A stretch of 64,000 nt of DNA, taken from positions 1 through 64,000 of the forward strand of contig JBBQUR010000021.1 of NCBI GenBank assembly GCA_038212275.1, read 5' to 3'. A program made the translations under genes and the position numbers. This stretch comes from Planctomycetota bacterium. GTDB taxonomy: Bacteria > Planctomycetota > B15-G4. Positions 9,650 through 22,800 of this stretch are shown piece after piece. Within the stretch, counting starts at the first letter, position 1, and every line of letters begins with the position of its first letter. A model generated the notes under the pieces. It was not told where the DNA came from, did not search any database, and saw nothing but the letters and a program-made list of their open reading frames with translations.

Positions 9650-10869
9650 TGCGCGCGATGCTCGCCGTGGCGTGCCTGCTCGCCGTCACCTCCGTCGCCC
9701 CGCCGGTGCACGGTCAGGACCTCGCCGTGCGCGCCGAGCTGCTGCACACGCAGGCTGGCCCACCCATCAAGGACGGCGTCGTCATCGTGCGGCGCGGGCG
9801 CATCGTCGCCGTGGGGCCGGCGTCGCAGGTGCCGGTGCCCGAAGGCATGACGCTGCTGCGCGCGGCCGTCGCGACGCCGGGCCTCATCGACGCGCATTCC
9901 TGCGTCGGGCTCTCCGGCTATCTCAATCAGCCCACCGACCAGGACCAGCTGGACAAGACCGGGCCGATGCAGCCCGAACTGCGCGCCATCGACGCCTACA
10001 ACGCGCGCGAGAAACTCGTGGAGTGGTTGCGCAGCTTCGGCATCACCACCCTCCACACGGGGCACGGCCCGGGCGCGCTCATCTCCGGGCAGACGATGAT
10101 CTGCAAGACGCGAGGAGCCACCGCCGAAGAGGCCGTCCTCGTGCCGGAGGCCATGATCGCGGTGACGCTCGGCGCATCGGCCCTGGAAGCCGCGAAGAAG
10201 TCGCCCGGCTCGGCGGCCAAGCAGATCGCGATGCTGCGCGAGGAGTTCCTCAAGGCGCAGGCCTACCGGAACAAGCTCGCGGACGCGGACGCGGAGAAGC
10301 ACCCCGACCGGGACCTGCGCCTCGAAGCCCTCGTCGCGGTGCTCGACGGCAGCGTGCCGCTGCTCGTCACGGCGCAGCGGCACGTGGAACTGGAATCGGC
10401 CCTGCGCCTGCGCCAGGAATTCGGCATCCGGATCGTGCTGGACGGCGCCGCGGAGAGCTACCTCCTGCTGGACGAGATCCGCGCCGCGGGCGTGCCGGTC
10501 ATCGTGCATCCCTCGATGGCGCGGCCCGAAGGCGAGAACGAGAACCTGTCCTTCGAGACGGCCGCCCGCCTGCACGAAGCCGGCATCCCGATCGCGCTGC
10601 AGAGCGGCTACGAGGACTACGTGCCCAAGACGCGCGTCGTGCTGCTCGAGGCGGCGGTCGCCGCGGCGCACGGGCTGGGGCCCGACGCGGCGCTGGACGC
10701 GATCACGATCGACGCGGCGAAGATCCTCGGCATCGACGACCGCGTCGGGTCGCTGGCCGTCGGCAAGCACGGCGACATCGCGCTCTACGACGGCGACCCC
10801 TTCGAATACGTCACGCACTGCATCGGCACCGTCATCGAGGGCGACGTCGTGAGCACCACCGTCCGTTGA
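9649..10869 (+). CDS. Amidohydrolase family protein (exported), second of a tandem pair
   Basis: TGATG coupling with the upstream gene; PGLIDAHS, GITT, GSLAVGKHGD. Confidence 0.88.
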   Translation: MRAMLAVACLLAVTSVAPPVHGQDLAVRAELLHTQAGPPIKDGVVIVRRGRIVAVGPASQVPVPEGMTLLRAAVATPGLIDAHSCVGLSGYLNQPTDQDQLDKTGPMQPELRAIDAYNAREKLVEWLRSFGITTLHTGHGPGALISGQTMICKTRGATAEEAVLVPEAMIAVTLGASALEAAKKSPGSAAKQIAMLREEFLKAQAYRNKLADADAEKHPDRDLRLEALVAVLDGSVPLLVTAQRHVELESALRLRQEFGIRIVLDGAAESYLLLDEIRAAGVPVIVHPSMARPEGENENLSFETAARLHEAGIPIALQSGYEDYVPKTRVVLLEAAVAAAHGLGPDAALDAITIDAAKILGIDDRVGSLAVGKHGDIALYDGDPFEYVTHCIGTVIEGDVVSTTVR

Positions 10870-10911
10870 GGCAACATCCCGCGGGGCTTCCCGCACGAGG
10901 AAGAGAGCGCC

Positions 10912-11712
10912 ATGGCAGCTGACGTCACGCGACTGGCCGAAGACCGCAAGATCGCGCTCTTCATCGACATGGACAACGTGGTCATCGGCGTGCGCGACGC
11001 CAAGTACGACGCGTTCAACATCCAGATCGTGCTGGACCGCCTCGTCGAGAAGGGCGACATCGTCGTCAAGCGCGCCTATGCGGACTGGAGCAACCACCAG
11101 GGCGGCAAGCGCGCGCTGCACGAGGCGGCCATCGACCTCATCGACATCCCCGAGAGCCGGCGCACGGGCAAGAACAGCGCGGACATCAAGATGGTCGTCG
11201 AGGCGATGGAACTCTCGTACACCAAGCCGCACATCGACACCTTCGCCATCGTCTCCGGCGACAGCGACTTCTCGCCGCTGGTCTCCAAGCTGCGCGAGAA
11301 CAACAAGCACATCATCGGTCTGGGCGTGAAGAACAGCTCCGCGCACCTGCTCATCGACAACTGCGACGAGTTCATCTTCTACGACGATCTCGTGCGCCTC
11401 GCGCCGCGCCGCCGCCGCGCGCCGCCGGTGGCCAAGGGCGTCGCCAAGGAAAAGCAGGAGGCCTTCAGCCTGCTCATGGAGACGCTCACCGCGCTGCAGC
11501 GCGAGAACAAGGACGTGCTCTGGGGCTCCATGGTCAAGGACACCATGAAGCGCAAGCAGCCGCAGTTCAACGAGGAGTACCACGGCTACAGCAGCTTCCA
11601 GCGCCTGCTCGAGGACGCCCAGAAGCACAAGCTCATCAAGCTGCGCAAGGACCCCAGGAGCGGCACCTACGTGATCGACGAGGTGCTCGAAGGCGAGATC
11701 CACGGCGCCTGA
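10912..11712 (+). CDS. NYN domain (LabA/DUF88 PIN-like) protein with C-terminal OST-HTH/LOTUS domain
   Basis: IALFIDMDN, RAYADW, GKNSADI, SGDSDF; C-terminal FNEEYHGYSSF..LLE. Confidence 0.9.
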   Translation: MAADVTRLAEDRKIALFIDMDNVVIGVRDAKYDAFNIQIVLDRLVEKGDIVVKRAYADWSNHQGGKRALHEAAIDLIDIPESRRTGKNSADIKMVVEAMELSYTKPHIDTFAIVSGDSDFSPLVSKLRENNKHIIGLGVKNSSAHLLIDNCDEFIFYDDLVRLAPRRRRAPPVAKGVAKEKQEAFSLLMETLTALQRENKDVLWGSMVKDTMKRKQPQFNEEYHGYSSFQRLLEDAQKHKLIKLRKDPRSGTYVIDEVLEGEIHGA

Positions 11713-11813
11713 CCCGGGAATTCCAGCGCTGGACGCACACCTCCGGATCGCGGGCTAGACTGCGGCGGCCGCCTGCCGGCCACGTCATCCGCATTTCCTG
11801 CCGGAGTCCTGCC

Positions 11814-12746
11814 GTGTTCGTTTCCGCCGCCCTGTTGTCCGCCCTGCTCGCCTCCCCCGTCGCCGCCGCACCGGCCGGGGACACCCTTTCCCCCGCCATC
11901 ACCGACACGGATCTGGCGCAGTGGGTCGCCGAGAGCCTGCTCGACGACGTGCGCGGACGTCCGCACTCCGAGGATCATTTCCTGAAGAGCAGGGGCTTCG
12001 TGGACGATCTCGCCATCGCGGCCGAAGTGAGCGGCCGCCTCGCCAGTGTCGGCCTGTCCAGCCTCGTGGTGAGCAGCTCCGACGGCCGGGTGAACCTGCG
12101 CGGACGCTGCGACAACGAGGCGCTGCGCCAGAAGGCCACGCAGCTGGCCGCGGCGGTGGCCGACGTGCGCGCGGTGGACAACCTGCTGCGCCTCCCGGGC
12201 GAGTCCGTGGCCCCGCCCGCTGCGGCGCCCGCTCCCGCACCGGCGGCGCGCCACGCGCGCAGCGAACCGGTGGTCACGGAGGCCTTCGACTTCCTGACGC
12301 GGGACGGCCTCGCCGGACATGACCTCACCGTGCAGGTCGGCGACGGCGAGGTGAGGCTCACCGGACTGGTGAACAACGAGGCCGCGCGCCTGTATGCGAC
12401 CGCCGCGGCGAGCCGCGTGCCGGGCGTGCGCGCGGTGGTCAATCATCTCGCGGTGCGTCCGCGCAACAGGATCGAGGACACCGGCATCGCGCTGCTCGTC
12501 CAGCGCCGCATCGAGAACAGCGTGACGCTCAAGCCCGTCGCGTCGGCCATCCGGCTCATCGCGCTCGACGGCGTCCTGCAGCTGGAGGGCACCGTGCACA
12601 CCGAGGCGCAGCGGCTCGAGGCCGAGGCGCTCGCGCTCGACACCGAGGTGGTTTTCGCGGTCAGCAGCTTCCTGGCCGTGGACGAATCGCACGTCATCCC
12701 GCCGGACCCCCGCCTGCGCGACTTCCGCCTCTGGCGCGGCTACTGA
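11814..12746 (+). CDS. BON domain-containing protein (three BON domains)
   Basis: Signal peptide; repeated DG.V.L.G ... V.AV.N.L patterns. Confidence 0.85.
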   Translation: MFVSAALLSALLASPVAAAPAGDTLSPAITDTDLAQWVAESLLDDVRGRPHSEDHFLKSRGFVDDLAIAAEVSGRLASVGLSSLVVSSSDGRVNLRGRCDNEALRQKATQLAAAVADVRAVDNLLRLPGESVAPPAAAPAPAPAARHARSEPVVTEAFDFLTRDGLAGHDLTVQVGDGEVRLTGLVNNEAARLYATAAASRVPGVRAVVNHLAVRPRNRIEDTGIALLVQRRIENSVTLKPVASAIRLIALDGVLQLEGTVHTEAQRLEAEALALDTEVVFAVSSFLAVDESHVIPPDPRLRDFRLWRGY

Positions 12747-12793
12747 GCGGAAGGCCTCGCCTCGGGGCTCGGACTGGCCGACGAGATTTCCGC

Positions 12794-12822
12794 TACAGCG
12801 GCACGGGACATCGCGCCGAAAG
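12794..12822 (+). promoter_or_regulatory. Possible sigma28-like promoter TACAG-N16-GCCGAAAG upstream of the pilin gene
   Basis: Similar bipartite motifs at 13547-13575 and 57422-57451; spacer longer than canonical. Confidence 0.3.
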
Positions 12823-12832
12823 CCTGACTTCG

Positions 12833-13507
12833 ATGTCCGCCGTCCATTCGTCCCCTCCGAGAACCATCTTGGGGCAGCCGGTCCGCAACCCATCGAGCCG
12901 TGTCACCGGCTTCACGCTGGTGGAGCTGCTGATCGTGGTCGTGATGCTCGGCATCCTGGCGACCATCGCGCTGCCGAGCGCAACGCATGATCGCGCGGAA
13001 GCCGTGAAGTCCGCGCTCAAGGCCAACGTGCAGGGCGTCGGCATGCTGCTGGAGTACAAGCGGCAGCAGACCACGGACGGGAGCTTTCCGGCCACGCTGG
13101 AAGGAGCCTGGTTCGCGAGCGGGAGCCTTCCCGGTCATCCGGATCAGATGGCCGGCGTGCCGCAGACCGAAACCGTGAACACGTCGGGCGCAACGCACCC
13201 TGCAAACAAGATCATCACGAGCGGCAGCACCGGCGCCTACTGGTACAACACTTCGAACGGCGCGTTCCGCGCGCGCGTCAAGGCGCTCGATTCGAACGCC
13301 GAGACCCTGGACTACTACAACCAGGTCAACGGCAGCCACGCCATCGCGCTCGGTTCCATCGTGGACAGCCGCCCCGCCGCCGCGTCCTCCGCGCCCGCCG
13401 ACGACACGGGAGGCGGATCCACGGAGCCTCCGCCGGCCGACACGACGGCAGGCGGAGGTACAGGCGGCACGACCACGAGGCCGCCGGCGGTCACCCGACC
13501 GCACTGA
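12833..13507 (+). CDS. Type IV pilin / T2SS pseudopilin-like protein
   Basis: Class III signal [24 protein letters not shown]-terminal Thr/Gly/Pro-rich tail. Confidence 0.88.
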   Translation: MSAVHSSPPRTILGQPVRNPSSRVTGFTLVELLIVVVMLGILATIALPSATHDRAEAVKSALKANVQGVGMLLEYKRQQTTDGSFPATLEGAWFASGSLPGHPDQMAGVPQTETVNTSGATHPANKIITSGSTGAYWYNTSNGAFRARVKALDSNAETLDYYNQVNGSHAIALGSIVDSRPAAASSAPADDTGGGSTEPPPADTTAGGGTGGTTTRPPAVTRPH

Positions 13508-13546
13508 GCAGCCGGCTCGCGATCGCCACGCGCGAGGGTCTTGCGC

Positions 13547-13575
13547 TCAAGTTCGCTGCGAAATCCGGTCGATCT
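13547..13575 (+). promoter_or_regulatory. Possible sigma28-like promoter TCAAG-N16-GTCGATCT upstream of the hybrid kinase
   Basis: Motif similarity only. Confidence 0.3.
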
Positions 13576-13623
13576 GCACGCTGCTCCCGCGCCCCCCGAG
13601 CACCACGGTCAGGCCACCACTGC

Positions 13624-15906
<2,283 letters not shown>

Positions 15907-15972
15907 GGCCTGCGCGCGCGACTACGATGTCCGGCCCGCGCGCCGGACGCGGGCTCGTCGTTCGAGGAGTCC

Positions 15973-16173
15973 ATGGTGCTCGCCGTCCTCGACCTGTGCT
16001 TCAACGTCGTGTGTGAGCGCATGCTGCTCGGCACCGGCGCGCGCGTGCTCTGGCTGGCGCGCTTCGGCGCCGTGCCGCTCGAGGAGCAGATGCAGTCCGC
16101 AGGCCCCGCACTCATTGCCGGCACGCTGACCTGGACTTTCCTCGCGGCGGCGCTCTTCGCGACACTTTCCTGA
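15973..16173 (+). CDS. Small hypothetical membrane protein (66 aa)
   Basis: GAGGAG RBS before ATG; fills the gap between same-strand genes; hydrophobic C-terminus. Confidence 0.55.
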   Translation: MVLAVLDLCFNVVCERMLLGTGARVLWLARFGAVPLEEQMQSAGPALIAGTLTWTFLAAALFATLS

Positions 16174-16205
16174 CCCATCCGAGCTCACGCTCACGGAGTT
16201 CCCGC

Positions 16206-17141
16206 ATGTCCACCGATCCCCGGATGCTCATCCACCGCGGGCTGCACGCCGCCCTGATGTTCGCCCTCGCCGGCCCGGCCCTGGCCCAGCAGGACTTCTC
16301 CAAGGTGGAGATCGCCACGCGGCCCGTGGCCGGCGCGGTCTCGGAGCTGGAGGGCGCAGGCGGCAACATCGGCGTGAGCGCCGGCCCCGACGGACTGCTC
16401 ATCGTGGATGACCAGTTCCTCCCGCTCGCGGACAGGATTCACGTCGCGCTGGACGCGATGGACGGCGCGGGCCCGGGCAAGCCGCGCTTCGTGCTCAACA
16501 CGCACTGGCACGGCGACCACGTCGGCGGCAACGCGGCCTTCGGCAAGGACGGCACGATCATCGCGCAGGTGAACGTGCGCAAGCGCATGATCGCAGGGCA
16601 GGAGGTCCTCGGCCGCCAGGTGGAACCCGCGCCGCCCGAGGCGCTGCCCGTGATCACCTACGTGGAGGGGATCTCGCTCTTCTTCAACGGCGAGGAAATC
16701 CGCGTGCGCCACCTGCCCGCCGGCCACACCGACGGCGACAGCATGGTGTGGTTCACCGGCAGCAACGTGGTGCATCTCGGCGACCAGTTCTTCTCGGGCA
16801 TGTTCCCGTTCGTCGACGTCGGCTCCGGCGGCTCCGTGCGCGGCCTGGCGGCCAGCATCGCCGCGCTGCTGTCGGAACTGCCCGCGGATGTGAAGCTCAT
16901 CCCCGGGCACGGTCCCGTCTCCGGCATCGTCGAGTTGCGCGAGTTCCACCGCATGCTCGTCGCCTCGCTCGACGCCGTGGAGGGGCAGCTCGCGGACGGG
17001 GCAAGCGTGGAGGAGATCGTGGCGGCCGGCCTCCCCGCGGAGTGGGATGCGTGGGGCACCGGCTTCATCTCCACCAAGGCCTGGCTGGAGATCGTCGCTG
17101 CCAGTCTCGCCAGCGATCAGGCCGGCGCCGCGGCACGCTGA
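16206..17141 (+). CDS. MBL-fold metallo-hydrolase (exported, cyclase-like)
   Basis: Signal peptide; NTHWHGDHVGGN, GHTDGD, HLGD, IPGHG. Confidence 0.92.
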   Translation: MSTDPRMLIHRGLHAALMFALAGPALAQQDFSKVEIATRPVAGAVSELEGAGGNIGVSAGPDGLLIVDDQFLPLADRIHVALDAMDGAGPGKPRFVLNTHWHGDHVGGNAAFGKDGTIIAQVNVRKRMIAGQEVLGRQVEPAPPEALPVITYVEGISLFFNGEEIRVRHLPAGHTDGDSMVWFTGSNVVHLGDQFFSGMFPFVDVGSGGSVRGLAASIAALLSELPADVKLIPGHGPVSGIVELREFHRMLVASLDAVEGQLADGASVEEIVAAGLPAEWDAWGTGFISTKAWLEIVAASLASDQAGAAAR

Positions 17142-17154
17142 GCGGCACGCAGTC

Positions 17155-18003
17155 ATGGATCTCGCGCTTGCCGACAAGGTCGTCTTCATCACCGGAGCCT
17201 CGGGCGGCATCGGCCGCGCGCTGGCGCAGGAGTTCGCCGCCGAGGGCTGCCGACTCGCGCTGCACGGCCACGCCCGCAGCGCGGAGCTGACCGCGTGGCT
17301 CGCGCGGCAGCCCTTCGCCGACCGCGCACTCGGCCTGAGCGCCGACGTGTCCGACCCGCTGCAGGTGGACGAGGCGATGGCCGCCACCGTCGCACGCTTC
17401 GGCCGCGTCGACATCTGCGTGCCGAACGCCGGCGTCTGGATTCCGCCGCCGCTGCCGCTGCACGAGGTGCCGGTGGACCGCATCCGGCAGTCGCTGGACG
17501 TCAACCTGCTCGGCGCCCTGTGGACGGCGCGCGCCTTCTTCGCGGCGCTCGCCCGGACCGGCCCGCGTCCCGACGGCCACGGTGCAAGCCTCACGTTTCT
17601 GGGCTCGACGGCGGGCCGCTTCGGCGAGGCTGGCCACGCGGACTACGCCGCCGCGAAGGCCGGCCTGCACGGCCTGATGCTCTCGCTCAAGAACGAGATC
17701 GTGCGCCTCGATCCCTTCGGCCGCGTGAACATGGTGCAGCCCGGCTGGACGGTCACGCACATGGCGCGCCCCGCGCTCTCGGAGCCGGGCGTCATCGCCA
17801 AGGTCGTGTCGACGATGCCGATGCAACAGCTCGGCCGCGCGCGCGACGTGGCCCGCGCCATCGTGATGCTCTCCTCGCCGGCCGCGTCACGGCACGTGAG
17901 CGGCGAAGCGCTCACGATCGCCGGCGGCATGGAAGGCCGCCTGCAATGGACCGCCGCCGACGTGGACGAGGAGGCCGTGCGGCGCCGCGCGCAGGAGCGC
18001 TGA
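17155..18003 (+). CDS. SDR family oxidoreductase
   Basis: TGASGGIG, NAG, YAAAK catalytic motif, PG. Confidence 0.92.
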   Translation: MDLALADKVVFITGASGGIGRALAQEFAAEGCRLALHGHARSAELTAWLARQPFADRALGLSADVSDPLQVDEAMAATVARFGRVDICVPNAGVWIPPPLPLHEVPVDRIRQSLDVNLLGALWTARAFFAALARTGPRPDGHGASLTFLGSTAGRFGEAGHADYAAAKAGLHGLMLSLKNEIVRLDPFGRVNMVQPGWTVTHMARPALSEPGVIAKVVSTMPMQQLGRARDVARAIVMLSSPAASRHVSGEALTIAGGMEGRLQWTAADVDEEAVRRRAQER

Positions 18004-18018
18004 GGCCGGACGCCCCCG

Positions 18019-19233
18019 GTGGATGAGTCCGCTGCCATCGCCGCGCGCGACACGCTGGCCGCGCTGCTGCGCGGGTCCGGTGCGCGCGATGCCCGCGATG
18101 CCCATGGAGCGCGCGAGCCGCTGCCCGCCGTGGCGCTCGCGCCGGGCCGCATCAACCTCATCGGCGAGCACGTCGACACGAGCGAGGGCTGGGTGCTGCC
18201 GCTTGCCATCGCCCGGCACGTGGCCGTCGCGCTTGCACCGCGCGACGACCGGCAACTCGTGGTGCACTCGGCCGCGTTGCGCGAGTCGGCGCAGCTGGCC
18301 CTCGACGAGCTGCGACCGACGGGCCAGCCGCGCTGGAGCGCGCTCGTCGCCGGCGTCGTGCAGGTTCTGCGCGAGACCGGCATCGAGGTCGGAGGAGCGG
18401 AGCTGCTCATCGACGCGGACCTGCCGCACGGCGCCGGCCTGTCCTCGTCCGCGGCGCTGGAGCTCGCGCTCGCGCGCGCCTTCGTGAACGCCGCGGGCGC
18501 AGTCTGGCATCCGCTGCGCATGGCGCTGGCCTGCGTGGACGCCGAGCGGCGCTTCTCCGGCGTGCCCTGCGGCGTCATGGACCAGGTGGCTTCCGCGTGC
18601 GGCATGCCCGGGCACGCCCTGCTGCTCGACTGCCGCACGCTCTCGATGACACCCGTGCCGCTTCCTCGCGAAGCGGCCTTCGTCGTGATGGACAGCGGCG
18701 TGCAGCGCGCGCTCGCCGACGGCGCCTACGCCGAGCGCCGCGCGAGCTGCGAACGCGCACTGACGGCGCTGCGCACGCTGCGACCGGGCCTCGCCTCGCT
18801 GCGCGATGCGGACGCCGCACTGCTGGAGCGGGCGCGCCCTGCCCTCGATGACGACAGCTACCGCCGCGCCAGCCACGTGCTGGGCGAACTGCCTCGCCCC
18901 GCACGGCTCGTCGCGGCCTTCGCTGCAGGAGACCTCCCCGCCGCCGGCCGCCTGCTGAACGACAGCCAGCGCTCGCTCGCCGGACTCTACGACGTGAGCT
19001 GCCCGGCCCTCGACGCGCTCACCGCGCTGGCGCGCACGCTGCCCGGTTGCCACGGCGCGCGACTCACCGGCGCGGGCTTCGGCGGCTGCGCGATCGCGCT
19101 CGTGCAACGCAGCCGGCTGCCGGACTTCCTGCGCGAGCTGTCCGCGCGGCGCGGCGGCAGCGGCCCCGGCGCGTTCGAGGCCTTCGAGGCGAGCGCCTGC
19201 GGCGGAGCGTCCCTGCTCAGCGCGGCCGGCTGA
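18019..19233 (+). CDS. galK: Galactokinase (GHMP kinase)
   Basis: APGRINLIGEH.D, GAGLSSSAALE, CGVMDQ, GARLTGAGFGGC. Confidence 0.85.
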   Translation: MDESAAIAARDTLAALLRGSGARDARDAHGAREPLPAVALAPGRINLIGEHVDTSEGWVLPLAIARHVAVALAPRDDRQLVVHSAALRESAQLALDELRPTGQPRWSALVAGVVQVLRETGIEVGGAELLIDADLPHGAGLSSSAALELALARAFVNAAGAVWHPLRMALACVDAERRFSGVPCGVMDQVASACGMPGHALLLDCRTLSMTPVPLPREAAFVVMDSGVQRALADGAYAERRASCERALTALRTLRPGLASLRDADAALLERARPALDDDSYRRASHVLGELPRPARLVAAFAAGDLPAAGRLLNDSQRSLAGLYDVSCPALDALTALARTLPGCHGARLTGAGFGGCAIALVQRSRLPDFLRELSARRGGSGPGAFEAFEASACGGASLLSAAG

Positions 19234-19741
19234 CCGACGAGAGCGGCACGGGAAGCATGGCCTCGTTCACGGCCACCATGGTGACGAGCGCCTCGGTGAC
19301 CTCCACGCTCTCGAAGGGAGGCATGCGCCGCTCCGCCCACACGCTCACGCACACCGTGACCGACGTGCGGCCCTTCCGCGCGATCTTCGTGTAGAGCGAG
19401 ATCAGGTCCCCCACGAAGACGGGGCGGTGGAACTCGATCTTGTCCATCGCGACGGTCACGACGTTGCCGGGGTGGACCTTGTGCGCCTCGATCGCGGCCG
19501 CGAGGTCGATCTCCGACAGGATCGCGCCGCCGAAGACGGTGCCCATGAGGTTGCTGTCCTGCGGCGTCGTCACGCGCCGGGTCGTCGGCATGCGCCGTTG
19601 CTGCTTGCTCGCGGCCAGGGAGGTGCCGCGCGCGCTGCGAGCCACGGAATCCGCGCGGGCCCTCGAGGCGGCTCGTGCCGCGGGCAGGGCGCGCGTGGCG
19701 GGAACGGACACCGGACGCTTCGAACCAGGCTTGCTGCTCAT
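19217..19741 (-). CDS. Acyl-CoA thioesterase (hotdog fold, YciA-like)
   Basis: PQDSNLMGTVFGG.ILSEID.AA, F.RPV.VGD, GRTS. Start could instead be the ATG at 19591. Confidence 0.88.
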   Translation of the reverse strand: MSSKPGSKRPVSVPATRALPAARAASRARADSVARSARGTSLAASKQQRRMPTTRRVTTPQDSNLMGTVFGGAILSEIDLAAAIEAHKVHPGNVVTVAMDKIEFHRPVFVGDLISLYTKIARKGRTSVTVCVSVWAERRMPPFESVEVTEALVTMVAVNEAMLPVPLSSVSRPR

Positions 19742-19824
19742 GGCGCCAGAGAATAGCGCGGAGGCCCGTGCGCCGGGCCGATTCGTCGCGCCGGCGGCCG
19801 CTCGCGGGCCGGACGCGCGCGGCG

Positions 19825-22800
19825 TCACTGGCCGACGACGGCCATGTCGGCGAGCAACCAGCCCGCGGTCATGTCGTTGTTGAGCGTGTCGCCCTCGAAC
19901 GCGTTGCCCGGCACTTCGACGCGCACCTGGATGCCGAGGCCCGTCACCAGGATCTGAGCGATGAGATCCGTGAGCGGGACGGCCAGGGCGACGTCGTGCG
20001 CCGCAACCGTGAAGCCGCTGCTGCCGGCGAGAGCGGGCACGTTGGTCGTGGAGAGCAGCACTTCCGGCGGCACGCCCGGCACCGCCACCAGGCTTCCGTC
20101 GGGTGCGAAGACCGACGCGTAGAGCCGCACCGTGGCGGACGGGCTGCCGTCCGAGCCCGCGTTGACGATGTGCGCGCGCACGCGCAGCGACGGCGCCATG
20201 CCCGGCCCCTTCACGATCTCCACGCGCGGCGGAGCCACCGCGAGATCCCAGCGCTGCGGCAACAGGTCCGCCGCGCCCAGGCGCGTCGCGCTCACGAGCG
20301 AGAGGCCCGGACCCAGCGTGACGTCCACGCTCGCCCCCGCACCCCGCTTCTGCACGTCGACCGCGGTGGTCGCGGCTCCGGTCGGGAAGCTGTCGCATCC
20401 ATCCAGCGCCGGGCCGGTCTCCAGCCTGTACTTTCCCGGGATCAGGCCCTCATCCAGCCTGAGCTGCAGCGTCACGGGTTGCGTTCCGAAGTTCTGCACG
20501 AAGGCGGACCACGTCGCACCGGCGGGATCGCGGCGGTTGCACTGGATGGCGAGATCCGGCGCGGGGCCGAGCCGGCTGCTCCAGCCCACGAGCGGCGCGA
20601 AGCGCAGGCCCTCGACGAGCGCGGCGCCGGTGTGCCCCATGAGCCGCTGCTGGGCGCCCCCGCCCTGGCCGACGAAGACGCGGTCCGTGTGCAGGCAGCA
20701 GTTGGTCATGAGCGGAAAGCAGGCGCGCATGTAGTCGCGCGAGGCGGTGTACGCAGTGCCGAGCAGGTTGTAGTTCTTGCCCGTATGCGGCGCGCACGGC
20801 ACCACATCCCCCAGGGCATAGATCAACGCATTGCCCTGGTTGGTGTATTCGACCTCGGTCCAGGCTTCGAGGCGCGCGAGCAGCGCGGCATCCACGTAGG
20901 TGGTGGCTCCGCCATAGAAGGGATCGGGCGTCACGTTCAGAGTGGTCTCGTTCTGCAGGTCGTCGCGCCACGCGAAGGCGATCGAGCCGAAGCGCGTGCC
21001 TGACTTGAATTGCTGGCCGGCCCAGAGCGTGCTGCCGACGGCGGGCGACGACGGCTTGCCCGCGTCCTCCCAGGCAGCCACCGCGCGGAACATGCGCACG
21101 CCGGGGAGCAGAAAGAGCCAGCGGTCTCCGGCGGTCGACGAGCGCCACGACAGGCGCAGCAGCTCCATGATGTAGCTGACCTCGCTGGTGGCCAGGGCCG
21201 CGGTGTCGGTGCTGGAGCCGCTGGTGTTCCACCAGGTGCCCGAGGCTCCCAGCTTGTTGCCGGGCCACTGCGCGGGCGCGAGGAAGCCCGAAGGTTTGCC
21301 GGAGGCGAGCGAGGAGATGTCCAGCGCATCGTCCCGCCAGCCCGCGGCCCATGCGCGCAGGTCCGCGTTGAGCGGATGCGTGGACGCGAACGGCGCGTGG
21401 AAGCCGGTGAGGATGCCAGGCAGCATGGCGCGCCCGTCGAGCGGGATGTCGAAGGCCGTGGCCGGATCGCTCACGGCGCCGTCGACATTGAACACGTAGT
21501 TCCTGAAGTGGAGGCGACCCGCCGTCGTCAGCGCCGCAAAGGAAGCCGCCGGCGCCGTGCTGCTCTTCAGGTGCCGCGTGATGTCGAGCGCCGTCTCGAC
21601 CATGGTCGCGGAGTGTCCGTACAGGCCGCGCTGCAGCAGCCACGGGTCGGTGGTGAACTCGGCGGAATGCTCCACGTCGCTGGGCGGCCCGGAGTAGTAG
21701 CCGTCGGCGACCTGCGCGTAGTGCTCCAGGCCGTAGCTCACGGAGCCCTCCAGGCGGTCGAGGAGCGGCCGGTCGGACTGGTCCTGGCGCGCCGCGAAGT
21801 GCGGCATGAGGGCCGCGAGCAGCTCGACATCGTCGCCCCAGCCGCCGCCGAGCTCGCCCTTGTGCCAGCGCTCGGTGAGCCAGTAACGAGCCAGCGAGCG
21901 CATCGCGAACTCGCCGTCGCGCTGCAGCAGCGCCCACGAGGGCGCCGTCGGATCGGCCGGCGGCGCCAGGACATCCGAGGCCCACCACGCGCCGGCAAGC
22001 TGCGCGGGCGTGAAGAGCGCCGCGAGGTCCGCCGCGGGCCAGTTCTTCGGGTGGCCGAGGGGGTGCGTCACGTAGGCGCTGAACAGCAGCAGTTCGAGAT
22101 CCTTCGGAAAGTCCGTGGCCGCGAAGCCCTTGCCTGTGAAGCCCGTAAAGATGTCGGTCAGGCGCTGCCGGAACTCCACGGACTCCGGGTCCGAGGCGTT
22201 CACGGTGAGCAGTGGATTGATCGCGGCGATCGTGACGCCCGAGAGCTTGAGCGCCGCGAACACCAGCGGCGACGGCTCGAAGGCGCTGCCGCCCAGCGTG
22301 CCGTTGTTCCACGCGACCATGTCGTCCAGCACGGTCGTGCCGTTCACGGAGGCCGTGAGACCGGAGAGCAGGCGCAGAGCGATGTGCGCGTTGACGTTCG
22401 TCGTCGCCTGCTCGAGCGAGGCCAGGCTCTGTCCGGCGCACGCCGGATTGAGAAAGCCCGTGCCGCCCTCCTCGGGGCACAGCTTCGCGTCCGCATAGCC
22501 ACGCGCTTCCAGGTGAGCGAGGGCCCGGGCATAGCTGGCCAGCTGATCGAGCAGCCACGCGGCGCCCGGGTGCTGCGGTGCGGCCGCCGCAAGCGCCGCC
22601 TGCGCCGCGGGAACCAGCGAGACGAAGCCGTCGCGCGATCCGTCGAGCCAGCCGACGAGGTTGACGAGCGCCACGCCGCGCCACCACGGATCGGACACTG
22701 CCAGCGCGAGCGTCTGCGCCGTGGCGAAGTTGCCGGCGTTGAAGGCCGCGACGAAGGGCCCCAGCTCCGGCACGCCGGTCTGCAGCGGCCCGGCGGCCGT

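Noticed and set aside
8255..10869. Tandem amidohydrolase pair, the second with HSC instead of HxH
   Set aside because: Paired exported amidohydrolases with one degenerate metal site are a common arrangement and not clearly novel.
10912..11712. NYN/PIN nuclease as part of a defence island
   Set aside because: Stand-alone LabA/DUF88-LOTUS proteins are widespread, and the neighbours are housekeeping or envelope genes.
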